Shown piece by piece: positions 9,598 to 25,813 of a stretch of 64,000 nucleotides of DNA. The stretch lies in the NCBI GenBank assembly GCA_963769025.1, contig CAVYKI010000009.1, forward strand, positions 1,184,001-1,248,000. The letters are read 5' to 3'. The position numbers and the translations under genes were made by a program. The stretch is from an uncultured Verrucomicrobiae bacterium (lineage in GTDB: Bacteria; Verrucomicrobiota; Verrucomicrobiia; Chthoniobacterales; Chthoniobacteraceae). Numbering within the stretch: position 1 is the first letter of the stretch; each line of letters starts with the position of its first letter. The notes under the pieces are model-generated. The model ran no database searches, was not told where the DNA came from, and worked only from the letters and a program-made list of their open reading frames with translations.

Positions 9598-12500
9598 ATG
9601 CAACACTCCGTCTTTCTCCGTCCGTTCGCCTTCATCGGCCGCGCCGTTTCGCGCCTCCTCTCGCTCTTCTTCGGTTCGCTGAAACTGGCATGGACTCCCC
9701 CGCCTTGGTTGCTCGCCGCCGGGCGCGGCTTTGCACGGCACTCCCGTGTCGCCGTGCTGCTGCTCATCGTCGTCGTTGCCGCCGCATACGGGATGTGGCG
9801 CACCACCTTGGAGCGCCATGCAGGCAAGCCGCGCACGAGCCTCACCGCAGCCGCCCTCGACACTCAGCCCGCGCCTGCTGCGAAGCCCGCATCCCAGCCC
9901 ACAGTCCCCGCCCCAAAGGCAGACGCCGACGTCCGCGATACTTCCAAGCCCCCCATCCGCAGCGTGACCGCACACGTGCGCTGGCAGCAGGTCGGCTGGA
10001 ATGAACAGCAGAAGAAGGGCGTGGGGCCTGCGCTCGTCATCCAGTTCGACTCGCCCGCCGCACCCATCGCGCTGATCGGGAAAGCGGCTGCACCCGACAC
10101 GGCGCAAGATCGCGCCCGAAGTCCCCGGCACGTGGAGATGGCTCAACGCGCAGCAACTCGCATTCGACGCGCAGACCGGCTGGATGCCGCCGCGCGATTA
10201 CGACTTCAAGCTCGGCGAGGCCGGCTTCGCAACGGACTGCACGGTCACCTTGAAAAAGGAGAACCGCTTTTCCTGGCAGTCGCCGAAGCTCACCGCCTCG
10301 TTCGGCGAGAAGTCCTTCTACGTGGACCCCGCCACGCCCTCACTGCAGCAGACCGTCGCGACGGTCACCTTCAGCCAGCCCGTGTCGCGCGACGAAGTCC
10401 TCCGCTGCCTCACCGTCGTGAACGTCAGCGAAACGCCCCTCTTCATGCCCGGCGGAAAGCCGCAGGTGATCGCGGATGAAAAGAATCCCATGCGGTTTTT
10501 CCTCCGCTCGCCGCTCATCAAACCGGGTGAAAAGGAAGACCTTGTGCGCTTCCAGATCGCACCCGGACTGCTCGCGCTCTCGGGCGGCGATCCGATGGAA
10601 AAGGAGGCGGTGACGAAAATCGCCAGCCCGTCGCGCTACTCCGGATTCGTGTTCAACAGCGCGAAGGCGCAACTCGTGCAAGGCGACGAGGACGAGCCGC
10701 GGCAGTTTGTCTTCCTTGAAAGCAGCATCGCCGCGAATGGCGCGACCGTCGCGAAGTCCACAAAAGCGTGGCAACTCCCCCCGCCGCCAAAGGACAAGGA
10801 TGGCGAGGAAGTGCCGTGGACGCCGGAAACCGTGACGCCTGAAGTGCTGGCGAAAGCGAAGGTCGTGCCGATGGAATTCATGCCCGGCGAAGACGCACCG
10901 CCAATCGCGAACGTGTTCGGTTTCCGTCTCGCGCCGCGGGTGCCGTCGAGGCTTTTCGTGCGCGTGGCAAAGGATACGCCCGCGCCTGGCGGCTTCGCGC
11001 TGCACGAGGATTTCGACGCCATCGTGGACGTCCCGATGTTCCCGCGCGAGGCGCGCGTGCTCGGGAACGGCGGCATCCTCGCGCTCGGCGGCGAACGCAA
11101 GCTGAACATCAAATCACGCGGCTACGAACACCTGCGCTACACGCTCGCCCGCGTGCCTGCGGGGCAGATTCATCACCTCGTCTCGCAGACGAACGGCAGC
11201 TTCGAGTCGCCCGGTTTTCCCGGCAAAATCGGCTTCGACAATCTCGCGAATTTCCACTCCTCGGTGCAGACGCTCGTGAAGAAAGAACGACCACGAGGTG
11301 AACTACTCGGCGTTCGATTTCGCGCCCTCGCTCCTCCGCATCGAGCCGGGCGGCGAAGATGCGCAGCGCGGGCTTTTCCATCTCGCCGTCGAAGGAGTCC
11401 GCCGCCGCACGCCCGACGACGCAAAGCCGGGCGACAACGATCCCGACCCCGAGTGGATCGCGTTGGGCGATGCGAACAACGCCGAGCGGCGGAACTCCCG
11501 CCGTCATCGCGGTGACGACGAGGAGGAAAATGATGCCGCCGACAATGGCGGCTCCGGCGACTCGCGCTTCGTGCTCATCACCGACCTCGGCCTCATCGTG
11601 AAGCGCAACGCCGACGGCACGCGCGATGTCTTCGTGCAGTCATTCAAGGACCGCGTGCCCGTCGCAGGCGTGCATCTCGCCGCGCTCGGGAAAAACGGCA
11701 GCACGCTCGCCGAAGGCGACACCGATGCCCAGGGCCGCGTGTCGCTGCCCGGCGCTCGATGGCCTGATGCGCGAGAAAAAGCCCGTCGCCCTCGTCGCGC
11801 GCAAAGGCGCGGACCTGGCCTTCATCCCGTGGGCGCGCGAGGACCGCGCGGTCGAGCTGTCGCGCTTCGACATCGGCGGCGTGAGCCGAAGCGACGTCAG
11901 CGCGCTCGACGCGTTCCTTTTCACCGAACGCGGCATCTACCGCCCGGGTGATTCGATCCAGCTCGGCGCGATCGTCCGCCGCCGCGACTGGACCGGATCG
12001 CTCGCGGGCCTGCCCGTCGAGGTCGCGCTCATCAATGCGAAGGAGGAAGCCGCCGGCGTCTTCCCGACAAAGCTCAACGCGGATGGATTCATCGAACTCA
12101 CGCTCCCCACGAGCGAGACCGCACCGACCGGCGTGTGGCGCATCGAGCTTCGCCGCCCCGACGACGGCAAAAAGAAGAAGCGCACGGACGACGAGGAACG
12201 AAGCCGACGAAAGGCACCTCGGCCACATGCTCGTGCGCGTGGAGGAGTTCCAGCCCGACCGGCTCAAGCTCGCCGCGAAGGTTGAACCCGCCGCGCAAGC
12301 CGCGTGGCTCCCGCCGGAAAATCTCACGGCAAATGTCGAGTTGCAGACGCTCTTCGGCATCGCCGCCGCCGACCGCCGCGTGACGGCGAAGCTGCGCATC
12401 GCGCCCGGCTCGCCGCAGTTTCGAGCAGTGGCCCGGCTGGAGCTTCGGATTGCCAAAGCATGAACGCTTCGAGCCTCGCGAAATCGATCTTGGCGAGACG

Positions 12501-15500
12501 AAGACCGACGCGGAAGGCCGCGCGAAGTTTGCACTCGCCCTGGAAGCCTACGCCGCGCCTCTGCTGCGCGTGTCGGTCGAACTGGAGGCCTTCGAGGCCG
12601 ATGGCGGACGCGGTGTCCGCGGCGCGCTCGGCACGCTCGTCTCGCGCCAGCCGTACCTCCTCGGCTGGAAGACCTCGGACGATATCGCATTCATCCCGCG
12701 CGACGTTCCGCGCGCCTTTGAAATCGTCGCCATCGGCCCCGATGCAAAGCCCGTCGCCGCGCCGGGACTGAAGCGCGTGCTCGTCGAGACGCGCCACACT
12801 TCCGTGCTCACCAAGCAGGACAACGGCACGCTCGCCTACGTCTCGCGCGAGCAGGACAAGGAACTCGAGACCGCCGACGGCTCGCTGCCCGTCGGCGCGA
12901 TGAAGGTGTCAGTTGCCCGTGAACCGCGCAGGCCGCTTCCGCTACGAGTGGCGCGATGCCGCCGGTGCGACGCTGATCATCGTTCCGTTCACGGTCGTCG
13001 GCCCCGGCGAAGCCAGCCGCAATCTCGAACGCGACTCCGAACTCGAAATCACGCTGCCGGACAAAGTGTGGAAGCCGGGCGAACAACTCGAAGTCTCACT
13101 CCGCGCGCCATACGCCGGCGCGGGACTCATCACCATCGAGCGCGAGCGCGTGCTCTCCGCGCAGTGGTTCAAGGCCGACACCGCATCCAGCGTGCAGCAC
13201 ATCACCGTGCCCGAAGGCATCGAGGGCGGCGCGTATGTGAGCGTGGCATTTGTGCGCGCGCTCGACTCGCCCGAGATTTTCACCAGCCCGCTCAGCACCG
13301 GCGTCGCGCCGTTCAAGGTGACGCTGGAACGCCGCCAGCTCACGGTGAAGCTCGACGCGCCCGAGCGCGCAAAGCCCGGCGAGCGCGTGCGCATCGGATT
13401 CACCACGCCGCGCCCGTCGCGCATCGTCGTGTGGGCGGTGGACGAAGGCATCCACCGCGTGACGAGCTACCGCGCGCCGCAGCCGCTCTCGCAGCTCATC
13501 CGCAAGCCATCGCTCGAAGTCGGCACCTGGCAGCTCCTCGATTTGCTGCTGCCGGAGTATTCGCTGCTGAAAAGCGCGAAGGCATTTGGCGGCGACGGCG
13601 ACGAACCGCCGGAACTGAAACTCGGCCTGAATCCGTTCAAGCGCCGCCGCGTCGCGCCGGTCGTGTACTGGAGCGGCATCATCGAGAGCGGCCCGGAGCG
13701 CCGCGAAGTCTTCTACGACGTGCCGGATTACTTCGCCGGCCGGCTCAACATCATGGCCGCCGCCGTCGCACCGGATGCCGTCGGCATCGCGGAAAAGCAC
13801 ACCGTCGTGAAAGGCCCGTTCGTCCTCACGCCGAACGCGCCGTTCTTCGTGGCGCCGGGCGACGAGTTCAACGCGTCGCTCACCGTCGCGAACCAGCTCG
13901 AAGGCGACGCCATCACGGATCATGTCGCCATCGCAGCGGAGCCAATCGGCGGACTTGAAATCATCGAGTCGCCGCAATCGCCGATCACGATCGCCGTCGG
14001 CAAAGAAGTGACCGTGCGCTTCCGCGTCCGCGTGAAGGACGCGCTTGGAAATGCGGAGCTGAAATTCTCCGCGAGCGCCGGCAAGGAACGCACCGAGCAG
14101 CGCGCGACCATGAGCGTGCGCCCCGGCGTGCCGCGCGCGGCCATCGTGCAGAGCGGATGGTTCCGCAAGGACACGCACGATGTCCCGATGCAGCGCCAGT
14201 TCTTCGCCGAATTTGCAAAGCGGGAAGCAGTCGTCTCCACGACGCCGCTCGGCCTCGCACGCGGGCTCGCCGCCTATCTCCGCGAGTATCCGCACGGCTG
14301 CAGCGAGCAGATCACCAGCCGCGCATTCCCGTGGCTCGTGCTGCGCGACGATGCGGACTTTGGCATGGACAAGTCGGAGGCGGAGAAAGACGGTGCGCGA
14401 GACGATCTCCCTGCTCGCCCGGAGGCAGCACGGCGACGGCGGCTTCGGCTACTGGTCATCGTCGAACAGCGCAGGACGGCTTCGACTACCTGAGCGTGTA
14501 TGTGACCTTCTTCCTCACGGAAGCGAAGGCCAGCGGCTTCACCGTGCCTGGGCCGATGCTCGACGCCGCGCTGCGCCGCGTGCGGCTGATGGCGGACGCG
14601 AAGCTCTCCGACCCGTGGCGCGACGATCGCGGAGTGATGCACTACGAGCGGACGCGCGGCGAAGCGAACATCCAGGCCGCCGCGATCTACCTGCTCACGC
14701 GCAACGAGGAGGTGACGACGAACTACGCGCTGAAGATGCGCGACTTTCTCGAAAAGAAAGTGCCCGCCGAACTGTGGCAGCGCGACCCGGCCGCCGCATG
14801 GCTCGCCGCGACGTGGCGGATGCTGAAAAAGGACGACGAGGCGAAGAAGCTGATCGCCATCCACCGCAAGGCGCGCGCAGGCGCACCGCGGAATTGGGAC
14901 CGGAGCTAGTACTACGAGTCGGACCTCACGCGCGAGGCAATGACGTTCACCGTGCTGTGCCGTCACTTCCCGGAAATCGCGGGCGTCTTCGGCTACGATG
15001 ATCTGCGGCCCATCACGGAGCCAATCGAGAACGGGCGACTTCCACACGCTCTCCGCCGCATGGAGCGTGCTCGCGCTGAAATCCTACGCCGCCCTCGCGA
15101 AGGACAGCGGCGTGAAGGCAGGCATCGCGGAGGTCACCGGCACCGGTGCGACAAGACGCTCGTCGAACCGCGCGCGGGAATCGCGACCGCGAAAGCTCAC
15201 CAGCGGAGGCGGCAGTCGCGCGCTTCCTCCTCACGCGTCCGGACGGCGCGGCAAAGATCGGTGCCTGGTATCAGGCCATCGAGACGGGCTTCGACCGCAC
15301 GCTGCCCGCGGCCGCGGACGCACACGGCATCGAGGTCTTCCGCGAAATCCTCGATGAACAGGGCGACGTCGCCACGATGGCGAAGATCGGCGAGACGCTG
15401 ATCGTGCGCCTGCGCGTCCGAAACGTCAGCACGACCGCACAGCCGCACATCGCGCTGAGCGAACTGCTGCCCGGCGCATTCGATTTCGCCCCGCAAGGCG

Positions 15501-15745
15501 AGGAGCACGCGCTGAAGCCCGGCCTCGGCACTCTGCCCGGCGCGGAATACGTGGACGTGCGCGAAGACCGCGCGTTGATCTTCTGCGACCTCGCGCACGG
15601 GGAGACGAAGACGTTCGAGTATTCCGTGCGCCCGACGTGCGCCGGCGCATTCATCATCCCGCCCGCGTACGCCGAGAGCATGTATGACCGCGCGGTGAAT
15701 TCGCGCGGCGTCGCCGGGAAATTCACCGTGTTGCCGCGCGAATGA
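9598..15745 (+). CDS. Bacterial alpha-2-macroglobulin (many frameshifts, one in-frame TAG at 14907-14909)
   Basis: LITDLGL, FLFTERGIYRPGD, RVEEFQPDR, WAVDEGI, thioester motif YPHGCSEQ and C-terminal PPAYAESMYD; directly upstream of pbpC as is typical. Confidence 0.9.
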
Positions 15746-17972
15746 AAATGATGCGCCGCTGGCTCAAACGATGCGCGTGGGGCTCTGGCTTCCTCGCCGT
15801 CGCCCTGTGGATCGCGTGGCTGCTGCTGCCGAAGCCGGAGCTGCTGCCGCAGGGCGCGGAGTTCTCGCGCGTGGTGCTGGATCGCGACGGGCGCGTGCTC
15901 TTCGTCACGCTCACGCAGCGACGGGAAATATCGGCTGCCCGCGAAGCTCGTCCGAACTTTCCCCGGAGATGCTCGCGGCGACGCTCGAGATGGAGGACCG
16001 GCGGTTCTTTTCCCACCACGGCGCGGATCTGCGCTCGCTCGTCCGCTCGGCTGTGGGGCGTGGTGTCGCGGCAACGGCTCGGCGGCGGTTCGACGCTCAC
16101 CATGCAATACGCGCGGCTGCGCTGGCATCTCGACACACGCTCGGTGTGGGGAAAGCTCACGCAGGTTTTCCGCGCGGTGCAGCTTGAGCGGCACTACGGC
16201 AAGACGGAACTGGCCGAGGCGTATTTCACCTTCGCGCCGTATGGCGGAAATGTCGAAGGCGTCCCCGCCGCGAGCCTGCTGTGGTGCGGGAAGCCGGCGC
16301 GCGACCTTTCGCTGCGCGAAGCGGCGGCTCTCAGCGTGCTGCCGCAAAGCCCCACGGCGCGTCGTCCGCGCGCTGGCAGAAATCCCGCGCTCGCAACGGC
16401 GCAAGGGCGGCTGATGGCCCGACTGCGCGCGGCGCGCGGTGAACCGGCGAGCGAACTGGACTGCCGAGTTTTCACTGCGCCCCGCGCCGGTGCCGCGTCT
16501 TGCGCCGCACTACGCGCGGCGGATTCTGAACGAGCATCCGGAAGCCGCGATCGCGCCGACCCGCCTCGACCTCACACAGCAGGAGACGATGGAACGCAGC
16601 ATCGCGGACTTTCTCTCCCGGGAGCGAAGCAAGGGACTGCGTAATGCCGCGGCCATTCTTGTTCATGCGCCGACGCGCGAGGTGCGCGGCTACGTCGGCT
16701 CCGCGGGATTTTTCAACGACGGCATCCAAGGCCAGGTGGATGGCGTGACGGCCCGGCGCTCGCCCGGCTCCGCACTGAAGCCGTTCATCTACGCGCTCGC
16801 GATTCGACGCGGGCCTCATCCAGCCGCGCACGCTGCTCGACGACGCGCCGCGGCGCTTCGCGGGCTACAATCCCGAAAACTCGGATCGCGGATTCCTCGG
16901 CCCGATCCCCGCGGCGGAGGCGCTGCGACGCAGCCGAAATGTGCCCGCGGTCGAGTTGCTCGCGCGTCTGCATGGCGGCGGGCTGGACTCGTTCCTGCGG
17001 AACGCCGGCGTGAAGCTCGCGAAAGCGCCCGGTGAATACGGACTCTCGCTCGCGCTCGGCGGTGCGGAGGTTTCGCTGGAGGAACTGGCCATGCTTTACG
17101 CCGGCCTCGCGTGCGGCGGCCCCGGTTCCGCGCTGTCCCGTTCCGCGTGCTGGCTCACGCTTGATGCGCTGCACGGGAACGAACCGGGCGCGCCGGGCGG
17201 TCTGTCCTGGAAGACCGGCACATCGCACGGCTTTCGCGACGCATGGGCGTGCGGCATCGCGGGCGACTGGGTGCTGTGCGTGTGGATCGGGAACTTCGAC
17301 GGCAGGCCGATGCCGGGACTCTTCGCACGCGACACGGCGGCTCCCCTGCTCTTCCAGACCGTCACGCGGCTCGGGTTGCGCGGGAAATTGCAACCGCGTC
17401 CCGCCGAGATTGCGAACGTGCCGCTCTGCGGCGACTCCGGCTCGCTCGCCGGGCCTCATTGCCCGCACCGCACGCACGGCGATTTCATCGCCGGAGTGTC
17501 GCCGATCGATGCCTGCTCCGTGCATCGCGAGATCCTTCTCGATGAAAGCGGACGCCGCGTGGCTCTCACGGACGGCCGACCGGGCCTGCGCCGCGAGGTC
17601 GCGGAGTTCTGGCCCGCGCAGAGGCTGGAACAGTTCCGCCGCGCGGGTCTGCCCCGCAAGGAACCGCCGCCGCTCGCCCCCGATGTGGCTGCGCGCGAGT
17701 CCGGCACCGCACCGCGCATTGTGTCACCGCAGAACGCGCTGACCTACGTGCTCCGCGCAGGCGACGCTGCAAAGGATTCCATCCCGCTCGAAGCCGATGC
17801 CGCGGCGGAGGCGCGTGAGATTCACTGGTTCGCCGGGGCGCACTATCTCGGCGCGAGCGCGCCATCGCACCCGCTCATGTGGAAGGCTGCGCCAGGTCGC
17901 TGGCAGATTCAGGCCGTGGACGATTCCGGGCGCGTGGCGAGAACGTCCGTCACGATCGTGGCAGCGCAGTGA
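15742..17972 (+). CDS. pbpC: Penicillin-binding protein 1C (frameshifted)
   Basis: Transglycosylase EDRRF, GGSTLTMQYAR, APYGGNVEG; transpeptidase SPGSALKPFIY, SRN, KTGTS; C-terminal PBP1C domain. Confidence 0.9.
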
Positions 17973-17975
17973 CAG

Positions 17976-18045
17976 GCAGGGCGCTTTCGCCGAAAGCGTC
18001 CCGATCGTCCCTTGAATGTGGGCGGCCTCGGCGAGGCCGCCCTAC
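17976..18045. repeat. Inverted pair of REP-like palindromes between convergent pbpC and carB
   Basis: GCAG-GGCGCTTTCG-C-CGAAAGCGTCC on + and GTAG-GGCGGCCTCG-C-CGAGGCCGCC on -, facing each other. Confidence 0.6.
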
Positions 18046-18046
18046 C

Positions 18047-21392
<3,346 letters not shown>

Positions 21393-21539
21393 GAAATGGA
21401 ACGGGCTGAGCCCGGGAAAAGTCCGCGCGGTGTAGCAGGCGTGCCGGGAGTCGGCAATGGGACGTTGCGGAAAAACGCGGAAAGAATCCCCTTTTCATTC
21501 CGAGACGAATGCACGGATCGGGCATTGTTTGAAAAACCT

Positions 21540-23292
21540 TCAAAAGGCGTGTGTATGCCGCGCTTGCCGACGGGCGGAGCGGATGGCGGCGGGCTTCAGG
21601 GGCGCGGGGGCGGAGGGAACTCCGCGGAGGCTGAGGGATTCGCGGCCGGCGGTGCGGCGCCAGTCGGCTTGCAGCGCGTCGGCGACGGTCGCGCTATCCG
21701 CGCCATTTTCCACCGTGAGGAAGTCGAAGAGGCCCTGCGCGACGGACTGGAGGGCGATCTGGTGCGTGCGGCGCAGCGTGGCGTGGAGCCAGTCGCTGAA
21801 GCGGAGGAAGGAAGCAAACGCGGAGCGCGAAACGGGGCACGCGGAAAGTTCCGCCGCCTCGCCAGCTCCGCATTCTGAACGCTCCGCTTCACACTTTGCG
21901 ATCGTTTCGTCCTTTCCGCGTTCCGCGTTTCGCGCTCCGCGTTCCCACAGCATCGGCAGCGTGGTGGCGAACTGGCCGCTGTTCGCCACGATGTCCCAGT
22001 AGCGGGCGAAGCGGCGCATGCGCTGCATGTCGGGGAAGGTGATGTCGCGTGTGGCGAGGATTTCGTAGGGCGGATGCGGCGCGTAGCTCATGGCGAATTC
22101 GACGTCGTGCCGGACGATGGGCGTGCCGCGCAGGCGCTTCAGGATGCCGACCTGGATCTCCTGCGGGCCGAGCGCGACGAGCCGGTCGAAGCCGCGGCCA
22201 AAGCTTTCCATCCCCTCGCCGGGCAGGCCGACGATGAGGTCCGCGTGGACATGCACGCCCGTCTCCTCGCGGAGAAAGCGGAGGTTGTCGGCGAGGCGTT
22301 CGAGGTTCTGGCGGCGGCTGATGTTCTTCGAGGTGGCGTCGTCGAACGTCTGGATGCCGACCTCGAACTGCACCGCGCCCGGCGGGAATTTCGCGGATGA
22401 GCGCGCGGAGCTGTTCCGGCAGCCGGTCGGGGATCATCTCGAAGTGCAGGAAGAGCCCGTCGCGCCAGCGGTCGAGGAAGAACTGGAGGATGCCCATGCT
22501 CGTCGGGAGATGGAGATTGAAGGTGCGGTCCACGAACTTGAACTGCGTCGCGCCGCGGTCGAGCAGCCGCTGCATGGCGGCGAGGAAGGCATCGAGCGGA
22601 AACGCGCGCACGGGGACATCGAGCGACGAGAGGCAGAACTCGCAGGTGAACGGGCAGCCGCGGGACGCCTCGACGTAGACGACGCGGTGGGCGAGGTCTT
22701 CGTCGGTGTAAAAATCGTATGGCGAAGCGAGACGGTCGATCGACGGGAGTTCGGCGGGGATGACTTTGGGAAGCGCGGAACGCGGAATGCGGAACGCGGA
22801 AAGAGTGCCTGCGTCGTCCCGCTGGTGCGGTGCGGAAAGTCGATCGTGGAAGTCGGATGGATCGGCGGCCCCGTCGTTTCCGCGTTCCGCGCTCCGCGTT
22901 CCGCGTTCGAGCAATTCGCAGCAGACTTCCGCAAATTTCACATCCGCCTCACCGGTGATTACGTGGTCGGCGAGCGCGACGATTTCCTGCCCGTCCGTCT
23001 CGTAGGAAACCTCCGGGCCACCGACGATGATGATCAGTTCGGGACGGATGCGCTTCAGCAGCGCCACGACCTCGGTGGTCTGATCGACATTCCAGATATA
23101 CACGCCGAAGCCGACGATGCGCGGATCGTGCAAAAGGATCGCCTCGGTGATTTCGAGCGGCGTCTGGTTGATGTGAGACTCCGCGATGCACGCGCGCTCC
23201 CGCAGACCGCCGAGATTCGCCATGAGGTAGCGCAGCCCGAACGAGGCGTGGATGTATTTTGCGTTGAGCGTGGCAAGGACGATGTCCGGCAT
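21540..23292 (-). CDS. B12-binding radical SAM protein (frameshift near 22390)
   Basis: [31 protein letters not shown] (CxxxCxxC), [18 protein letters not shown]. Confidence 0.9.
21817..21943. repeat. Palindromic heptamer-based element inserted in frame in the radical SAM gene
   Basis: Arms 21817-21848 and 21912-21943 are reverse complements at 30/32 nt, built of GCGGAAC-like units. Confidence 0.8.
22773..22908. repeat. Second palindromic heptamer-based element inserted in frame in the radical SAM gene
   Basis: Left arm GCGGAACGCGGAATGCGGAACGCGGAAA; right arm TTTCCGCGTTCCGCGCTCCGCGTTCCGC. Confidence 0.8.
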
Positions 23293-23422
23293 GGGCGCGC
23301 ACTGTGGCCGATCCCGCCGCGCACGGCAAACGGCACTTCACCGGCGCAGACGCGGAATCGAACTGCAGTCCGTGCGCGGGAATTGCTGCTGACAGGCCCG
23401 TCCCGCCATGCACGTTACCGCC

Positions 23423-25153
23423 ATGTCAGCCACCGCATCGCCCCACCCTTCCTCCGGGCGGCTGCTCCGGCTGTTTGTCTGGCTGCGCTGGCGCAGCCTC
23501 GCCGCGCACTTTGCAAAGTCCCGCCGCGAATCGCCGCTGCTCGTCTTCATCCTCGCGGGATTCGTGCTGTGCTACCTCGTGTTCGGGTTCGTGCTTTTCC
23601 GCTCCGGGCTCGCGTATCTCTACCGCTTCCCGCTGGTCGGCAGCCTGCTCGCGGAGCGCATCCTGTATCTCATCTTCGGGTTCTTTTTCCTCATGCTCGT
23701 GGTGTCGAACCTCATCATCGGCTACTCGACGCTATTCCGGAATCGCGAGGCGCAATGGTTTCTCTCGCTGCCCATCCGCCACCGCGACGTGTACCGCTGG
23801 AAATTCATCGAGGCCCTCGGCATTTCGTCGTGGGCGCTCGTCTTTCTCAGCGCGCCGATGCTCGCGGCGTACGGCGTGGTGCACGACGTGCCGTGGAAAT
23901 TCTATTTCCAAGTCGCGCTCGGCTACCTGCCGTTTGTGATCATCCCCGCCGTCGCAGGTTCGTGGCTGATCCTGCTCCTCGTACGGATGCTCTCCACCCG
24001 GTGGGCCAAGCCCGTGTTCCTCGGCGCTGCTGCGATTCTCCTGGCGTACATTTTCCTCGGATCAAAGCCGGTCACGGAAACCGAAGCCGCGAACGCCGGC
24101 GAGGTGCTGATATTTCCAAAGCTCATGCAGGGCTCGCGGGCGGCGACGAATCCGTTCCTGCCGAGCTCGTGGCTCGCGATGGCGATCCGGAGCTGGAGCA
24201 TCGAAGGCATGGGAAGGAGCGGGCTGTTCTTCTTCCTGCTGCTGCTGAGCTACGCGCTGTTCGGGCTGGTGCTTGCGTTTGAACTGGCGGGCCGCGCCTA
24301 CTACGGGAGCTGGTCCGCGGCGCTCGGCTCGCAGGCGGAACGCCAGCAGCGCGACAGCGCGGCCAAGCGGCAGCGCAACCGGCGCATCACGCCGCTCGCC
24401 TGGCTCCAGGCAAAACTGCGCCCGCTCTCGCCGCGCATGGTCGCTCTCGTCTTCAAGGACATCCGAGTCTTCTGGCGCGACCCGGTGCAGTGGACGCAGT
24501 TCATGATTTTCTTCGGCCTGCTCTGCATCTACGTGGCGAATCTGCGGAACGTGTCCATCGAGTTCCAGCAAGGCTACTGGGAGACGCTCATCAGCTACCT
24601 GAACCTCGCCGCCAGCGCGCTCACGCTGAGCACGCTCACGACTCGCTTCGTGTTTCCGATGTTCAGCCTCGAGGGGCGCCGCGTGTGGATCCTCGGGCTC
24701 TCTCCCGTCGGCCTGCGTGGCGTGGTGCTGCAGAAATTCTGGTCGAGCTTCATCGCGTCGGCCCTCATCACGGTGCTGCTCATGAGTGCGTCGTCCGTCA
24801 TTCTTCGCCTCGGCTGGTCGCGCGGGCTGTACTTCGGCTCGGCCATCCTGCTCATGAGCGCCGCGCTCTCCGGCCTCGCGGCCGGGCTCGGCGCGCTCTT
24901 TCCCGCGTTCAAGGAGGAGAATCCATCGAAGATCGTCTCAAGCTTCGGCGGCACGCTGTGCCTTGTCATCAGCTTCGTGTTCAACACGGCGGTCGTCGCC
25001 ATCCTCGCGGTGCCGGACATGTTCGCGACCACCGGACATCCGCTGCCGATTCCCCGCTGGCTCGCGCCCTCGATCGCGGCCGCGATCTGCCTGGCGGTTG
25101 CGGTCATTCCGATGTCACTTGCACTTCGGCGCGTGAAAAGTCTGGAAATCTAG
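23423..25153 (+). CDS. Putative ABC transporter permease
   Basis: About 12 TM segments; FLSLPI, KDIRVFWRD and FSLEGRRVWIL motifs. Confidence 0.8.
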   Translation: MSATASPHPSSGRLLRLFVWLRWRSLAAHFAKSRRESPLLVFILAGFVLCYLVFGFVLFRSGLAYLYRFPLVGSLLAERILYLIFGFFFLMLVVSNLIIGYSTLFRNREAQWFLSLPIRHRDVYRWKFIEALGISSWALVFLSAPMLAAYGVVHDVPWKFYFQVALGYLPFVIIPAVAGSWLILLLVRMLSTRWAKPVFLGAAAILLAYIFLGSKPVTETEAANAGEVLIFPKLMQGSRAATNPFLPSSWLAMAIRSWSIEGMGRSGLFFFLLLLSYALFGLVLAFELAGRAYYGSWSAALGSQAERQQRDSAAKRQRNRRITPLAWLQAKLRPLSPRMVALVFKDIRVFWRDPVQWTQFMIFFGLLCIYVANLRNVSIEFQQGYWETLISYLNLAASALTLSTLTTRFVFPMFSLEGRRVWILGLSPVGLRGVVLQKFWSSFIASALITVLLMSASSVILRLGWSRGLYFGSAILLMSAALSGLAAGLGALFPAFKEENPSKIVSSFGGTLCLVISFVFNTAVVAILAVPDMFATTGHPLPIPRWLAPSIAAAICLAVAVIPMSLALRRVKSLEI

Positions 25154-25190
25154 CGGAGGCCCGGCATGGTGCGCATCGCTGCCCAGCGAC

Positions 25191-25811
25191 ATGCCCAACC
25201 CACCGCGCGACCAATTCCTCGACCTGCCAGAAGGCGACCCACTCTCTACGGAACACCTCGACGAAAAGGTCCAGCAAGCGGAGCAGCAGGAGCAATCGCT
25301 GAAGCGGCAACTCGAGACGATCGAGAAGCAGAAGCGCGAGCTTGAGGACCTCAGCCGCCGCCAGGAAGCCTTCACCTCCGGGCGCAACGACGCCGTGGAC
25401 AAGCTCACCCGCGCCCTCGTCGTGGTCGAGCGCGAGACGATGGATGCCAGCAAGCGCCTCGAACTGCTTCAGAACATCAGCGCCTCGTTTGCCCAGCACC
25501 TTGAGATGATCGAGTCCATCAATCCCAAGTCGTGGGAGGGTGCCGACATCAACAAGGAGCTGACGCGAGCCATGGCCGCCGTGGACGACGCGCGCGGGGA
25601 ATACAACCGTTCCTTTCCCAAGATTTGCATCATCCCCGACCAGACCGTGGGCGACCCCGCCACCGATCAGGGATACGCCGGAGACCCGACCGGCGGCGAC
25701 GGCAAGGATTTCATCGGCTGGCTGAAAATCGGGTTCGCATTTTCGCTGCCGCTCATCGTTCTCGGGCTCATCGCCCTCGTCGTCATCGCCAGCCGCCTGC
25801 CGGCAAAGTAG
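25191..25811 (+). CDS. Hypothetical coiled-coil protein with C-terminal TM helix
   Basis: Intact ORF with host-like codon usage, heptad pattern and hydrophobic C-terminus. Confidence 0.8.
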   Translation: MPNPPRDQFLDLPEGDPLSTEHLDEKVQQAEQQEQSLKRQLETIEKQKRELEDLSRRQEAFTSGRNDAVDKLTRALVVVERETMDASKRLELLQNISASFAQHLEMIESINPKSWEGADINKELTRAMAAVDDARGEYNRSFPKICIIPDQTVGDPATDQGYAGDPTGGDGKDFIGWLKIGFAFSLPLIVLGLIALVVIASRLPAK

Positions 25812-25813
25812 CC

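Noticed and set aside
14907..14909. In-frame TAG in alpha-2-macroglobulin as stop-codon recoding or pyrrolysine
   Set aside because: TAG ends several intact genes here (e.g. panC, purS), and this region is error-rich; a base-call error is more likely.
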